From positions 15,206 to 79,205 of the forward strand of contig JANMRY010000167.1 of the NCBI GenBank assembly GCA_031388695.1: 64,000 bases of DNA, in the 5' to 3' direction. Each line of letters starts with the position of its first letter. Positions within the stretch are counted from its first letter, which is position 1. Below the pieces are notes generated by a model. It did no database searches, was not told the origin of the DNA, and saw only the letters and a program-made list of their open reading frames with translations. Source of the stretch: Anaeromyxobacter sp. GTDB taxonomy: Bacteria > Myxococcota > Myxococcia > Myxococcales > Anaeromyxobacteraceae. This document shows positions 7,908 to 17,272 of this stretch, piece by piece. A program made the position numbers and the translations under genes.

Positions 7908-10565
7908 ATGGCGGAGATCGCGGCGGCGCCCACGCCGATGATGCGGCAGTACCTCGAGTTGAAGGAGAGGTACCCCGACACCATCCTCTTCTTCCGGCTC
8001 GGCGACTTCTACGAGATGTTCTTCGAAGACGCCGTCACCGCCTCGCGCGTCCTCCAGATCACGCTGACCGCCCGCTCCAAGGGGGACGACAAGGTCCCCA
8101 TGTGCGGCGTGCCCTACCACGCCGCCCGCGGCCACGTGGCCAAGCTGCTGGCGGCCGGCCTCAAGGTGGCCATCTGCGACCAGGTCGAGACCGCCAGCGC
8201 CGGCACGCTGGTGAAGCGCGACGTCACCCGGGTCATCACCCCGGGCACCGTCTTCGACGAGCAGGCGCTCGAGCCCGGTGAGTCGGTCTGCCTGGCGGCG
8301 GTCGCCTTCGGCGAGCAGGGGATCGGCCTCGCCCTGCTCGAGACCACCACCGGCCAGCTGCGCTGCGGGGAGGTCGACGGCGACGCCCGCCTGGTCGACG
8401 AGCTGCGGCGGGCCGGCGCCCGCGAGCTGCTCTTCCCGCGCGGCGCCCCTGCCGACCGGGCCAAGGCGATCGCCGCTGCGGCCGGGGCCCCCTGGGTCCC
8501 GCGCGACGACGCCGAGTTCACCCGCGGCGCGGCGGTGCTGCAGCGCCACCTCGGCGTGCCGACGCTCGACGGCTTCGGCGTGGCCGGCCTGACCGTCGGC
8601 CTCGGGGCGGCGGCGGCGGCGCTCGCCTACCTGGCCGAGACCCAGCGCACCCCGCCGAGCCACGTCGACCGGATCTCGCGGCTGGCGACCGACGGCGTGC
8701 TGCTGATCGACGAGGCGACCCGGGCCAACCTGGAGCTGGAGCGGACGCTGCAGGGTGGCAAGAAGAAGGGGACGCTGCTGGCCCAGCTCGACCAGACGGT
8801 GACCGCCCCCGGCGCGCGGCTGCTGGCCGAGTGGCTCCGCTACCCGCTGGCCGAGGTGGAGCCGATCCAGGCCCGGCTCGACGCCGTGGAGGAGCTCTTC
8901 GGCTCGGCGGTGGCGCGCGGCGACCTCGGCCAGGCGCTGCGGCCGGTGGCCGACGTGGAGCGGCTGGTCTCTCGGCTGACGCTCAAGCAGGGGAACGCCC
9001 GCGATCTCAGGGCCCTGGCCGGCGCGCTGCTGGCCCTGCCGACGCTGGCGGCGCTGCTCGAGGCTCGCGCCGCGCCGCTCCTCGAGGCGGCCGGTGCCGG
9101 TCTGCGCGGGCTGGAGCCGCTGGCGGCGGCGCTCGACGCCGCGGTGGCGCTGGAGCCGCCGGCCACGCTCACCGAGGGCGGGCTGATCCGGCGCGGCCAC
9201 TCGGCCGAGCTCGACGAGCTGATCACGCTCTCCGAGGACGGCAAGGGGTACATCGCCGGCCTGGAGGCGCGCGAGAAGGCCCGGACCGGCATCGGCTCGC
9301 TCAAGGTCCGCTACAACAAGGTCTTCGGCTACTTCATCGAGGTGACCAAGGCCAACCTCCATGCCGTCCCGGCCGACTACACCCGCCGCCAGACCACGGT
9401 GGGCGGCGAGCGGTTCATCACCGAGGAGCTGAAGGGGTTCGAGGAGAAGGTGCTGACCGCCGAGGAGCGGCGCGGCGTGCTGGAGCAGACGCTCTTCGAG
9501 GCGCTGCGCCAGCAGGTGGTGGCGGCCGGGGCGAGGCTGCGGAGCGCCGCCCAGGCGGTGGCGCTGGCCGACGTGCTCCGTTCGCTGGCCGAGGTGGCGG
9601 CCGAGAAGGGCTACTGCCGCCCCGAGGTCGACCGCTCCGAGACGCTGGAGCTCACCGACGCGCGCCACCCGGTGGTCGAGGCGGCGCTGCCGGCCGACTC
9701 GGGCGGCTTCGTGCCCAACGACATCACCGTCGCCTCGTCGGGCGAGGCGGCGGCCGAGCGCTGCGGTGCGCTGCTGGTGATCACCGGCCCCAACATGTCG
9801 GGCAAGAGCACCATCATGCGCCAGGCGGCGCTCTGCACGCTCCTGGCCCAGCTCGGCAGCTTCGTGCCGGCGCGGCGGGCCCGGATCGGCCTCTGCGACC
9901 GGATCTTCACGCGCGTCGGCGCCTCGGATGATCTCGCCCGCGGCCGCTCCACCTTCATGGTGGAGATGACCGAGACCGCCGCCATCCTCCACAACGCCAC
10001 CCGCCGCTCGCTGGTCATCCTCGACGAGATCGGCCGCGGCACCTCGACCTACGACGGGGTCTCGATCGCCTGGGCGGTGGCCGAGCACCTGCACGACACC
10101 ATCGGCTGCCGCACCCTCTTCGCCACCCACTACCACGAGCTGCAGGAGCTCTCGCGCGAGCGGCCGCGGGTGAAGAACGTCTCGATCTCGGTGCGCGAGG
10201 TGGGGGAGAAGGTGGTCTTCCTGCGCAAGCTGGTGGCCGGCGGCGCCTCGCGCAGCTACGGGATCGAGGTGGCCAAGCTGGCCGGCCTGCCTCCCGAGGT
10301 GCTGGCGCGGGCCCGGCAGGTCTTGAAGAACCTCGAGGCGATGGAGCTCGACGAGGCCGGTCATCCGCAGCTGGCGGTGGGGCGGCGCGAGAAGGGGCGG
10401 GCGGCAGCGAGCGGGGCCGGGAGCCAGCTCGGGCTCTTCGGCGCACCTCCCGACCCGGCGCTGGCGGCGGTTCGCGAGGAGCTGGCGTCGCTCGACATGG
10501 ACGCCCTGCGACCGCTCGACGCACTCAACCTGCTGGCCGGCTGGAAGAAGAAGCTGGGCGGCTGA
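7908..10565 (+). CDS. mutS: DNA mismatch repair protein MutS
   Basis: N-terminal TPMMRQYLELKERYPDTILFFRLGDFYEMFFEDA, Walker A GPNMSGKST, and STFMVEMTETA...DEIGRGTSTYDG. The protein is 885 aa. Confidence 0.97.
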   Translation: MAEIAAAPTPMMRQYLELKERYPDTILFFRLGDFYEMFFEDAVTASRVLQITLTARSKGDDKVPMCGVPYHAARGHVAKLLAAGLKVAICDQVETASAGTLVKRDVTRVITPGTVFDEQALEPGESVCLAAVAFGEQGIGLALLETTTGQLRCGEVDGDARLVDELRRAGARELLFPRGAPADRAKAIAAAAGAPWVPRDDAEFTRGAAVLQRHLGVPTLDGFGVAGLTVGLGAAAAALAYLAETQRTPPSHVDRISRLATDGVLLIDEATRANLELERTLQGGKKKGTLLAQLDQTVTAPGARLLAEWLRYPLAEVEPIQARLDAVEELFGSAVARGDLGQALRPVADVERLVSRLTLKQGNARDLRALAGALLALPTLAALLEARAAPLLEAAGAGLRGLEPLAAALDAAVALEPPATLTEGGLIRRGHSAELDELITLSEDGKGYIAGLEAREKARTGIGSLKVRYNKVFGYFIEVTKANLHAVPADYTRRQTTVGGERFITEELKGFEEKVLTAEERRGVLEQTLFEALRQQVVAAGARLRSAAQAVALADVLRSLAEVAAEKGYCRPEVDRSETLELTDARHPVVEAALPADSGGFVPNDITVASSGEAAAERCGALLVITGPNMSGKSTIMRQAALCTLLAQLGSFVPARRARIGLCDRIFTRVGASDDLARGRSTFMVEMTETAAILHNATRRSLVILDEIGRGTSTYDGVSIAWAVAEHLHDTIGCRTLFATHYHELQELSRERPRVKNVSISVREVGEKVVFLRKLVAGGASRSYGIEVAKLAGLPPEVLARARQVLKNLEAMELDEAGHPQLAVGRREKGRAAASGAGSQLGLFGAPPDPALAAVREELASLDMDALRPLDALNLLAGWKKKLGG

Positions 10566-10620
10566 CAGCGCGGCGGTTTGCCGCGCGACCGACCGTCGCC
10601 CGACCGACTCCACAAATGAA

Positions 10621-10644
10621 GAGGGGCCGGTTGCCCGGCCCCTC
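10621..10644. terminator. Perfect 10-bp GC stem / 4-nt loop hairpin between convergent mutS and the cytochrome c7 gene
   Basis: GAGGGGCCGG-TTGC-CCGGCCCCTC. On the minus strand it is followed by TTCATTTGT (a U-rich tail), so it fits best as the terminator of the minus-strand cytochrome gene. It may also act for mutS. Confidence 0.6.
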
Positions 10645-10670
10645 GGTACCTCAAGGCAGTCGCGAGGCGA

Positions 10671-10961
10671 CTACTTCTTGTGGCACTCGGCGCACTTGGT
10701 CGGGCCCTTCTTGGCCTCCTTGTGGCAGCCCTGGCAGAGGGCGTGAGCCTTGTCCTTGTTGAAGCCCTCCATCTTGCCGCCCGCCTTGGTGGCGTGGCAC
10801 TTGGTGCAGTCGCCGCCCAGCTTCTCGGCGTGCGCCTTGTGGCTGAAGGCGACCTTGCCCTGCTTGGCCTCGAAGGTGATGGTGGCGGGCGCGTCAGCGG
10901 CGACGGCGACCCCAGCGGAGAAGACGAGTGCAGCGACGATACCGGCGAAGATCTTGTTCAC
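10671..10961 (-). CDS. ppcA: Periplasmic triheme cytochrome c7 (PpcA family)
   Basis: The GTG at 10961 has an AGGAG 6 nt upstream. The signal peptide is NKIFAGIVAALVFSAGVAVA. The 75-aa mature part carries CTKCH, CQGCH and CAECH, and its near-PpcA strings GKMEGFNKDKAH and KKGPTKCAECHKK end at the C-terminus. Confidence 0.9.
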   Translation of the reverse strand: MNKIFAGIVAALVFSAGVAVAADAPATITFEAKQGKVAFSHKAHAEKLGGDCTKCHATKAGGKMEGFNKDKAHALCQGCHKEAKKGPTKCAECHKK

Positions 10962-11133
10962 TTTACAGCTCCTGGATTCGGGGGCGGACCAGCCCGCCCA
11001 TCTGGATGGACGCGGCATGCTAGCCAGAATTCACTGGATGGCTAGGAAAAAGTGGCGGAATGTCGCAGGGATGAGACTAAGTCTTGACTGACCGTAGGCC
11101 AGCCCTGGGGACCCGAGATCGTTGGGCGTTCTT

Positions 11134-11799
11134 TCAGGCCATTTCGAGCACGGCCGCCACCAGCTTGTCGATGCCGGCAGCGACCGGCGCGATCCAGGGT
11201 CCCAACATGTAGGCCGGCGTGCTCACCACCTTGAGCCGCTGGTCGACCACGATCTGGTCGACGGGGCAGTCGATGTGCTCGGCGCCCCAGCCACGGATGT
11301 GACCGGCGGTGCCGGGGTCGAGGCCGATGGTCACCTTGACCTTGTCAGCGCCGAAGAGCCTGGCGGCGATGACCGGGGCGATGCAGATGAAGCCGAGTGG
11401 CTTGCCGGCGGCGCGCATCGCCCGCACCAGCCGCTCGACGCCCTGGTCGACCTTCATGGCCGCCCCGTCGACGGCGTAGCTGCAGAGGTTCTTGGCCACG
11501 CCGAACCCGCCCGGAAGGATCAGGGCGTCGAGGTCGTCGGCCTTCACCTTGGCGAGCGGCGTGATCTGCCCGCGGACGATCCGCGCCGACTCCTGCAGCA
11601 CGTTGCGGGCGGCGCCGGCGACCGGCTGCTGCGCGACGTGGTCGACGACGTGGTGCTGCGGCTGGTCGGGGGCGGTCGCCACCAGCACGGCGCCGCGCCG
11701 GTCGAGGGAGAGGAGGGCGCAGGTCGCCTCCTGGATCTCCGCGCCATCGAGGAAGCCAGAGCCGGAGAGGAGCAGCCCCACGCGTTTGCCGGTCGCCAT
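11134..11799 (-). CDS. elbB: DJ-1/PfpI-family glyoxalase ElbB
   Basis: MATGKRVGLLLSGSGFLDGAEIQE...DALILPGGFGVAKNL...PLGFICIAP. An AAGGAGG lies 6 nt upstream of the ATG. Confidence 0.88.
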   Translation of the reverse strand: MATGKRVGLLLSGSGFLDGAEIQEATCALLSLDRRGAVLVATAPDQPQHHVVDHVAQQPVAGAARNVLQESARIVRGQITPLAKVKADDLDALILPGGFGVAKNLCSYAVDGAAMKVDQGVERLVRAMRAAGKPLGFICIAPVIAARLFGADKVKVTIGLDPGTAGHIRGWGAEHIDCPVDQIVVDQRLKVVSTPAYMLGPWIAPVAAGIDKLVAAVLEMA

Positions 11800-11888
11800 G
11801 TCGAACCTCCTTGGATGAGGGGGCGAGCATACCGCCGCCGCCGCCGAAAAGTGGACGGCGATATCGGCGGGGGCCAGAGTCCGGGACG

Positions 11889-13742
11889 ATGGGGACCCTC
11901 CTGCCGTTGCTGCTCTCGGTCATGCTGGCCGGCCCCTCGCCGGCGGCCCGGCCGTCGGCGAGGACCGTGGCGTCGGCGAGGACCGTGGCGTCGGCGAGGA
12001 CCGTGGCGTCGGCGAGGACCGTGGCGGGCGGCGCGAAGTTCGAGGCGGCCCGGACGCAGCTGCGCGCCCTGATGCGCGACCCGGTCAAGCGGCGCTATCA
12101 CCACAACTGGGAGCGGGCCATCAAGGCGCTCCTCCGCTCTGCGACCGGTAGAGACGCGGCGCCAGCCACGCTCGAGGCGGCCCGGGCCCGGTACGCGCTC
12201 TACCGCTGGTCGGCCAACGAGGCCGACCGTGATACCGCCCTCCGGCTGGCCAGGCGCGCCGAGAGGCTCGGGGCCCGCGACGCCGCCAGGTTCGCCGCCG
12301 CCATCCGCCGGGAGGCCGGCGACGAGCGGCCGGCCGCCGCGCCCCATGGGGAGAAGCCGGCCGTGGCGGGCTCGCCAGCCAGGTCGGGCAGGCCGGCCGA
12401 GGCGAGGCACCCGCAGAGCGCCACCGCGCCAGCGCCGACGCCGACGCCGGCGCCGGCCAGGCCGGAGCTGGAGGAGCCACCCGAGCCGGAGCTGGAGGCG
12501 GCGGTCGCCGAGCTCAAGGCACCGCCGGAGCTGAAGCTCGGCGCCTCCAACGGCGCCGGGACCGCCAGCATCGGCGAGGTCAAGGCCTGGACCGGCGACG
12601 ACTACACCCGCATCGCCATCTCGCTCGACCACTGGGTCGGCTGGCAGAAGCTCGAGCTCCCGGCGGTGGGTGGCGCGCCGCGGCGGCTGGCGCTCGACTT
12701 CCGGCCGGCCCGGCTCGACGGCGCTGCCCAGGCGCGGAACGTCGAGGGGGACCAGGTCGACCGGGTGCGGACCGCGCAGCGCGACCACGAGACGGTCCGC
12801 GTGGTCTTCGAGCTGCCCGGGCGCGACGACGTCCGCTTCTACCGGCTCGATGATCCGCCGCGGCTCATCGTCGACATCGGCACCCGCCTGGCCGAGCGCG
12901 AGGCGCGCGGCGCCCCTCGCGGCTCTCCCCACCCGTCGCCCGCAACCGTCGGGCCGGTCACCACGCCCTCCACGATCGGGCCGCCGCCGCATGCCCCGCC
13001 TGCGCTCTCCGGCTCGGGTGACGAGGAGGGTGGGGGGACTCGCCCCATCCGCCGCATCGTGGTCGACGCCGGCCACGGCGGGTATGACCCCGGCGCCATC
13101 GGCCCGAGCGGCGTGCGCGAGAAGGACGTGACGCTGGCCATGTCGCGCAAGCTGGCGCAGCGGCTCAAGCAGGCCGGCTTCGAGGTGGTCATGACCCGCA
13201 GCGACGACCGCTACGTGGCCCTCGAGGAGCGGACCGCCATCGCCAACGCCAGCAAGGGCGATCTCTTCGTCTCGATCCACGCCAACGCCAACCCGCGCCG
13301 GAGCCTGGCCGGCGTGGAGACCTGGATCCTCAACGTGGCCGACGACCGCTACGCCAACCGGCTGGCGGCCCGCGAGAACGGCGTCGACCCGGACGACGAG
13401 ACCGGCGCCCTCGACGCCCGGCGCATCCTCACCGACCTCGACGCCCGGTCCTCCACCGACGCCAGCCGCCGGCTGGCCCAGCAGGTACAGAAGGAGATCA
13501 CCGGCTCGGTGCGCGAGAGGGTTGGCGAGGTGCAGGACCTCGGCGTCAAGAGCGCGCTCTTCTACGTGCTGGTCGGGGCGCGCATGCCGGCGGTGCTGGT
13601 CGAGACCGCCTTCATCTCCAACCGGCGCGAGGAGCAGCGGCTGGCGTCCGCCAGGTACCAGGACGAGGTGGCCGCGGCGGTGGCCCGCGCCGTCGTCGAC
13701 TTCGCGTCCCAGCAGGGCACCCGCCTGGCCAGCGGCACGTGA
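11889..13742 (+). CDS. N-acetylmuramoyl-L-alanine amidase (AmiC-like) with AMIN domain and long N-terminal helical/Pro-rich region
   Basis: Amidase_3 motifs IVVDAGHGGYDPGA, EKDVTL and FVSIHANA...ETW. An AMIN-like segment runs IGEVKAWTGDDYTRIAISLD...VRVVFEL...PPRLIVDI. I prefer the ATG at 11889 with signal-like MGTLLPLLLSVMLAG. Confidence 0.9.
   Translation: MGTLLPLLLSVMLAGPSPAARPSARTVASARTVASARTVASARTVAGGAKFEAARTQLRALMRDPVKRRYHHNWERAIKALLRSATGRDAAPATLEAARARYALYRWSANEADRDTALRLARRAERLGARDAARFAAAIRREAGDERPAAAPHGEKPAVAGSPARSGRPAEARHPQSATAPAPTPTPAPARPELEEPPEPELEAAVAELKAPPELKLGASNGAGTASIGEVKAWTGDDYTRIAISLDHWVGWQKLELPAVGGAPRRLALDFRPARLDGAAQARNVEGDQVDRVRTAQRDHETVRVVFELPGRDDVRFYRLDDPPRLIVDIGTRLAEREARGAPRGSPHPSPATVGPVTTPSTIGPPPHAPPALSGSGDEEGGGTRPIRRIVVDAGHGGYDPGAIGPSGVREKDVTLAMSRKLAQRLKQAGFEVVMTRSDDRYVALEERTAIANASKGDLFVSIHANANPRRSLAGVETWILNVADDRYANRLAARENGVDPDDETGALDARRILTDLDARSSTDASRRLAQQVQKEITGSVRERVGEVQDLGVKSALFYVLVGARMPAVLVETAFISNRREEQRLASARYQDEVAAAVARAVVDFASQQGTRLASGT
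11954..12025 (+). repeat. Four perfect tandem copies of an 18-bp unit inside the amidase gene, encoding (SARTVA)x4
   Basis: GTCGGCGAGGACCGTGGC occurs four times with no mismatch. The array is in frame and sits just after the predicted signal peptide. Confidence 0.95.
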
Positions 13743-13785
13743 TGGGCGTGAGCGGCGGGGCCGGACGCGTTATATCGAGCCCCTG

Positions 13786-16569
13786 ATGAGCACCAGCCCG
13801 AGCACCGTCCTCCCCGCGCCCGCCCCCTACCAGTTCAGGGAGCTGCTCCCGGAGCTGCCGGCCCTGACCGGGGACGCCAAGGCCGACCTGGCGGCCAGGC
13901 GCCGCTTCACCGAGGCGCTCCACCGCGGCGGCGCCAGCGGGCGGACCATCGTGCGGCTCCAGTGCGCCGCCATGGACGAGCTGGTGCTCTCGCTCTGGGA
14001 GAAGGCCTGCGCCGAGATCGCCCGCGCCCGGCCCCCGACGCCGGTGGCGCTGGTGGCGCTGGGCGGCTACGGGCGGAGCGAGCTCAACCCTTACAGCGAC
14101 ATCGACCTGCTGGTGCTCCACGGCGACGGCGGCCCCGACGCCTACGTCAAGGCGGCCAGCGAGAAGTTCCTCTACTCGCTCTGGGACCTCAACCTCGAGG
14201 TCGGCTACGGGGTGCGCGACCTCAAGGCCTGCGACCGGCTCGCCAGCGAGGACCACACGGCCCGCACCGCGCTGCTCGACCTGCGCTACCTCGCCGGTGA
14301 CCGGGCGCTCTTCCGCGCGCTGGAGCGGGAGGAGTTGCACGGGCTCTCGCAGGCCAAGGTCGACCAGTTCCTCGGCGACAAGCTGGCCGAGATGCGGGAG
14401 CGGCGGGAGAAGTTCGGCGACTCGCTCTACCTGCTGGAGCCGAACGTCAAGTCGTCGGAGGGCGGGCTGCGCGACCTGCAGAGCGCCCTCTGGGTGGCCC
14501 GGGTCCGCTTCAAGACCGCCGGCATCAGCGACCTGCTCAGCCGGGCGCTCCTGCCCGAGCGGGAGATCCGCGAGATGCGCAGCGCCCGCGACTTCATCTG
14601 GCGGGTGCGCAACGAGCTGCACTTCCTCTCCGGGCGCAAGAACGACCAGCTCACCTTCGACGTCCAGCCGCAGGTGGCGGCCGCCATGGGCTACGCCGAC
14701 ACCGAGGAGACCTCGGCGGTTGAGCAGTTCATGCGCCACTACTACCTGGCGGCCAAGACCGTGCTGGTGGCCTGCGACGCCATCGTCGACCGCTGCCTCG
14801 AGCCGCAGGTGGCCGCGGGCTGGCGCATGGTGCCGCCCCCTGCGGCCATGACCGGCGCCGAGAAGGCGGTGCCGACCCGGCGGGGACAGGAGACCCGGTC
14901 GGCCGACCGGCCGCTCGAAGGGGGCGAGTTCAAGATCTTCCGCGGCCGGCTCACGCTGGTCGACAAGGACGTGCTGCGCCGCTCGCCGGCGGCGCTGGTG
15001 CGCCTCTTCGCCGCCGCCGACCGGGAGGCCCTCGACCTCTACCCCTACGCCCGCGACCAGGCGGCGGAGGCGGCCGAGTCACTCCCTGCCGGCGCCGCCA
15101 ACGATCCCGAGGTCAACACCGAGCTGCTCGCCTGCTTCACGCGGAAGGGGTCGAGGGGGCGCTTCCTGACGCGCATGCACGAGCTGGGGGTCTTCCAGCG
15201 GGTGTTGCCGGAGTTCGCCCTCATCACGGCGCGCCGCCAGATCGACGTCTACCACGTGTACACGGTCGACGTTCACTCCCTGTTCGCGGTGCGCCGGCTG
15301 CTGGCGCTGCGCTGCGGCGACGTGCAGGAGGAGGTGCTCGCGCCGCTGATGCGGGCGCTGGAGCGGCCGCTGCCGCTCTACCTGGGGACGCTCTTCCACG
15401 ACATCGGCAAGGGGAGCGGCAAGGACCACTCGGCGCGCGGCGCCGAGATCGCCGCCGAGGCCTGCGTGCGCATGGGGCTCGACCCTGCCGACGCCGCCGA
15501 CATCGAGTGGCTGGTGGCCCGGCACCTGCGCATGTCGTCGATCTCCCAGCGGCGCGACCTCTCCGATCCCGACCTGATTCACGCCTTCGCCGCCGAGGTC
15601 GGCACCATCGACCGGCTCGAGAAGCTCTACCTGCTCACCTACGCCGACATCGCCACCGTGGGGCCGCGCACCTGGACCGAGTTCAAGGCCCGGCTGCTGC
15701 GCGAGCTCTTCGAGAAGACCCGCGCCGTGCTGGCGCGGGGCGAGCGTCGGCCCGAGCCGGGCACCGCCGAGTCCGAGGGGCGTGGGCGGGCGGCCCTGGC
15801 GTTGGCCGAGCACGCCAACGGCATCCCGACAGAGGAGCAGGCCCGCTTCATCGAGGCGATGCCGGCCCGCTACTACGTGACCATCCCGCCCGGGCAGGCG
15901 ACGCGGCACCTGCGGCTCTTCCGGCGGGGGCGGCAGAGGGCCATGGCCGCCTGGATCCGCCACCGGCCCGATCTCGGCCACTCCGACCTGCACCTGACCG
16001 CCTTCGACCGGCCCGGCCTGCTGGCCACCGTCACCGGCGTGCTGGCGGCGCACCGCATCGACATCCAGCACGCCGAGGTCTTCTCGACCCCCGACGAGCC
16101 TGCCCTCGGCCCGCTCGCGGGGCGGGCGCTCGACATCTTCGAGCTGCGAGGCCCGGAGGATGGCCCGGTCGGAGCGGCGCGCTGGCGCGCGGCACGGCGG
16201 GATCTCGACCGCGTGCTGGGCGGGCGCGAGTCGCTGGAGCAGGTGCTCGATCGCCGGCTGCGGACCTCCACGCTTCCCGCCAAGCCGCTGCCGCGCCTGG
16301 CCGTCAAGGTGGTCATCGACAACGAGAGCGCGCGCAGCCACTCGGTCGTCGACGTCTTCTGCGCCGACCGGGTCGGGCTGCTGCACACCCTGGCCCGGAC
16401 CTTCTTCGAGCTCGGGCTCACGGTCGATCTGGCCCGCATCACCACCGAGGGGCACCGCGCCGCCGACGCCTTCTACGTGCGGACCGAGCAGGGGGCCCGG
16501 CTCCAGGGGGAGGTGGCGACCGAGGTGGTCGAGGCGATCACCGCCGCGCTCTCCCGTCCCGACCGGTAA
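13786..16569 (+). CDS. glnD: [Protein-PII] uridylyltransferase / uridylyl-removing enzyme GlnD
   Basis: Nucleotidyltransferase region (LVALGGYGRSELNPYSDIDLLVL), HD domain (LFHDIGKG) and two C-terminal ACT-like segments. The ATG is at 13786. The track ORF starts earlier, inside the amidase gene. Confidence 0.92.
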   Translation: MSTSPSTVLPAPAPYQFRELLPELPALTGDAKADLAARRRFTEALHRGGASGRTIVRLQCAAMDELVLSLWEKACAEIARARPPTPVALVALGGYGRSELNPYSDIDLLVLHGDGGPDAYVKAASEKFLYSLWDLNLEVGYGVRDLKACDRLASEDHTARTALLDLRYLAGDRALFRALEREELHGLSQAKVDQFLGDKLAEMRERREKFGDSLYLLEPNVKSSEGGLRDLQSALWVARVRFKTAGISDLLSRALLPEREIREMRSARDFIWRVRNELHFLSGRKNDQLTFDVQPQVAAAMGYADTEETSAVEQFMRHYYLAAKTVLVACDAIVDRCLEPQVAAGWRMVPPPAAMTGAEKAVPTRRGQETRSADRPLEGGEFKIFRGRLTLVDKDVLRRSPAALVRLFAAADREALDLYPYARDQAAEAAESLPAGAANDPEVNTELLACFTRKGSRGRFLTRMHELGVFQRVLPEFALITARRQIDVYHVYTVDVHSLFAVRRLLALRCGDVQEEVLAPLMRALERPLPLYLGTLFHDIGKGSGKDHSARGAEIAAEACVRMGLDPADAADIEWLVARHLRMSSISQRRDLSDPDLIHAFAAEVGTIDRLEKLYLLTYADIATVGPRTWTEFKARLLRELFEKTRAVLARGERRPEPGTAESEGRGRAALALAEHANGIPTEEQARFIEAMPARYYVTIPPGQATRHLRLFRRGRQRAMAAWIRHRPDLGHSDLHLTAFDRPGLLATVTGVLAAHRIDIQHAEVFSTPDEPALGPLAGRALDIFELRGPEDGPVGAARWRAARRDLDRVLGGRESLEQVLDRRLRTSTLPAKPLPRLAVKVVIDNESARSHSVVDVFCADRVGLLHTLARTFFELGLTVDLARITTEGHRAADAFYVRTEQGARLQGEVATEVVEAITAALSRPDR

Positions 16570-16586
16570 GCTGGTAAAACGAGGTC

Positions 16587-17210
16587 ATGGCGGTCGCCAA
16601 CATCCTCGAGGTCGATCCGGTCAACCCGCAGCCCCGTGTCATCGAGAGAGCCGTCTCGGCCCTCTCCGGCGGCGGGCTGGTGGCCTTCCCCACCGACACC
16701 TACTACGGGCTCGGCTGCGACCTGTTCGACAAGCGGGCCATCGAGCGGATCTACCTGCTGAAGCAGCTGCCGCGGACGCAGGAGCTCTCCTTCATCTGCC
16801 AGGACCTGGCCGAGATCGCCCGCTACGCCATGGTCGACAACGCCGCCTACCGGGTGCTTCGGCGCAAGGTGCCGGGGCCGTTCACCTTCATCCTGCCGGC
16901 GACGCGGCTGGTGCCCGACCTGGTGCTGCGGAGGCAGAAGACCGTCGGCATCCGCATCCCCGACAGCGCGGTGACGCTGGAGCTGGTGCGCCGGCTCGGT
17001 CACCCGATCATCTCATCCTCGGCCGCCACGCCGGACGGCGAGGTGCTGATCGACGCCAAGGAGATCAAGGAGAAGCTCGGCCACGGGCTGGAGCTGATCC
17101 TCGACGGCGGCTACCGGCCCAACGAACCCTCGTCGGTGATCGACCTCTCCGGCCCCGAGCCGGTGGTGGTGCGGGTCGGCAAGGGCGACGTCTCCGACCT
17201 GCTGACCTAG
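16587..17210 (+). CDS. tsaC: L-threonylcarbamoyladenylate synthase (YrdC/TsaC family)
   Basis: GGLVAFPTDTYYGLGCDLFDKRAIERIYLLK...PGPFTFIL...SSSA...PSSVIDL. Confidence 0.9.
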   Translation: MAVANILEVDPVNPQPRVIERAVSALSGGGLVAFPTDTYYGLGCDLFDKRAIERIYLLKQLPRTQELSFICQDLAEIARYAMVDNAAYRVLRRKVPGPFTFILPATRLVPDLVLRRQKTVGIRIPDSAVTLELVRRLGHPIISSSAATPDGEVLIDAKEIKEKLGHGLELILDGGYRPNEPSSVIDLSGPEPVVVRVGKGDVSDLLT

Positions 17211-17272
17211 CAGGACTCGGATCCGTGCGACCCGTTTCTGGACTCGGCCAGCCCCGGCGATATCGTCGCAGC

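Noticed and set aside
4955-7984. 1009-aa ORF spanning the cytochrome region
   Set aside because: Only the last 392 codons (from the ATG at 6133, with signal peptide and heme motif) look like a real protein. The upstream part overlaps the well-supported pentaheme cytochrome gene, which lies in a different frame.
7887-10613. 908-aa ORF antisense to mutS
   Set aside because: MutS on the plus strand is unambiguous. The antisense product is low-complexity Arg/Gly/Leu/Gln-rich with no motifs.
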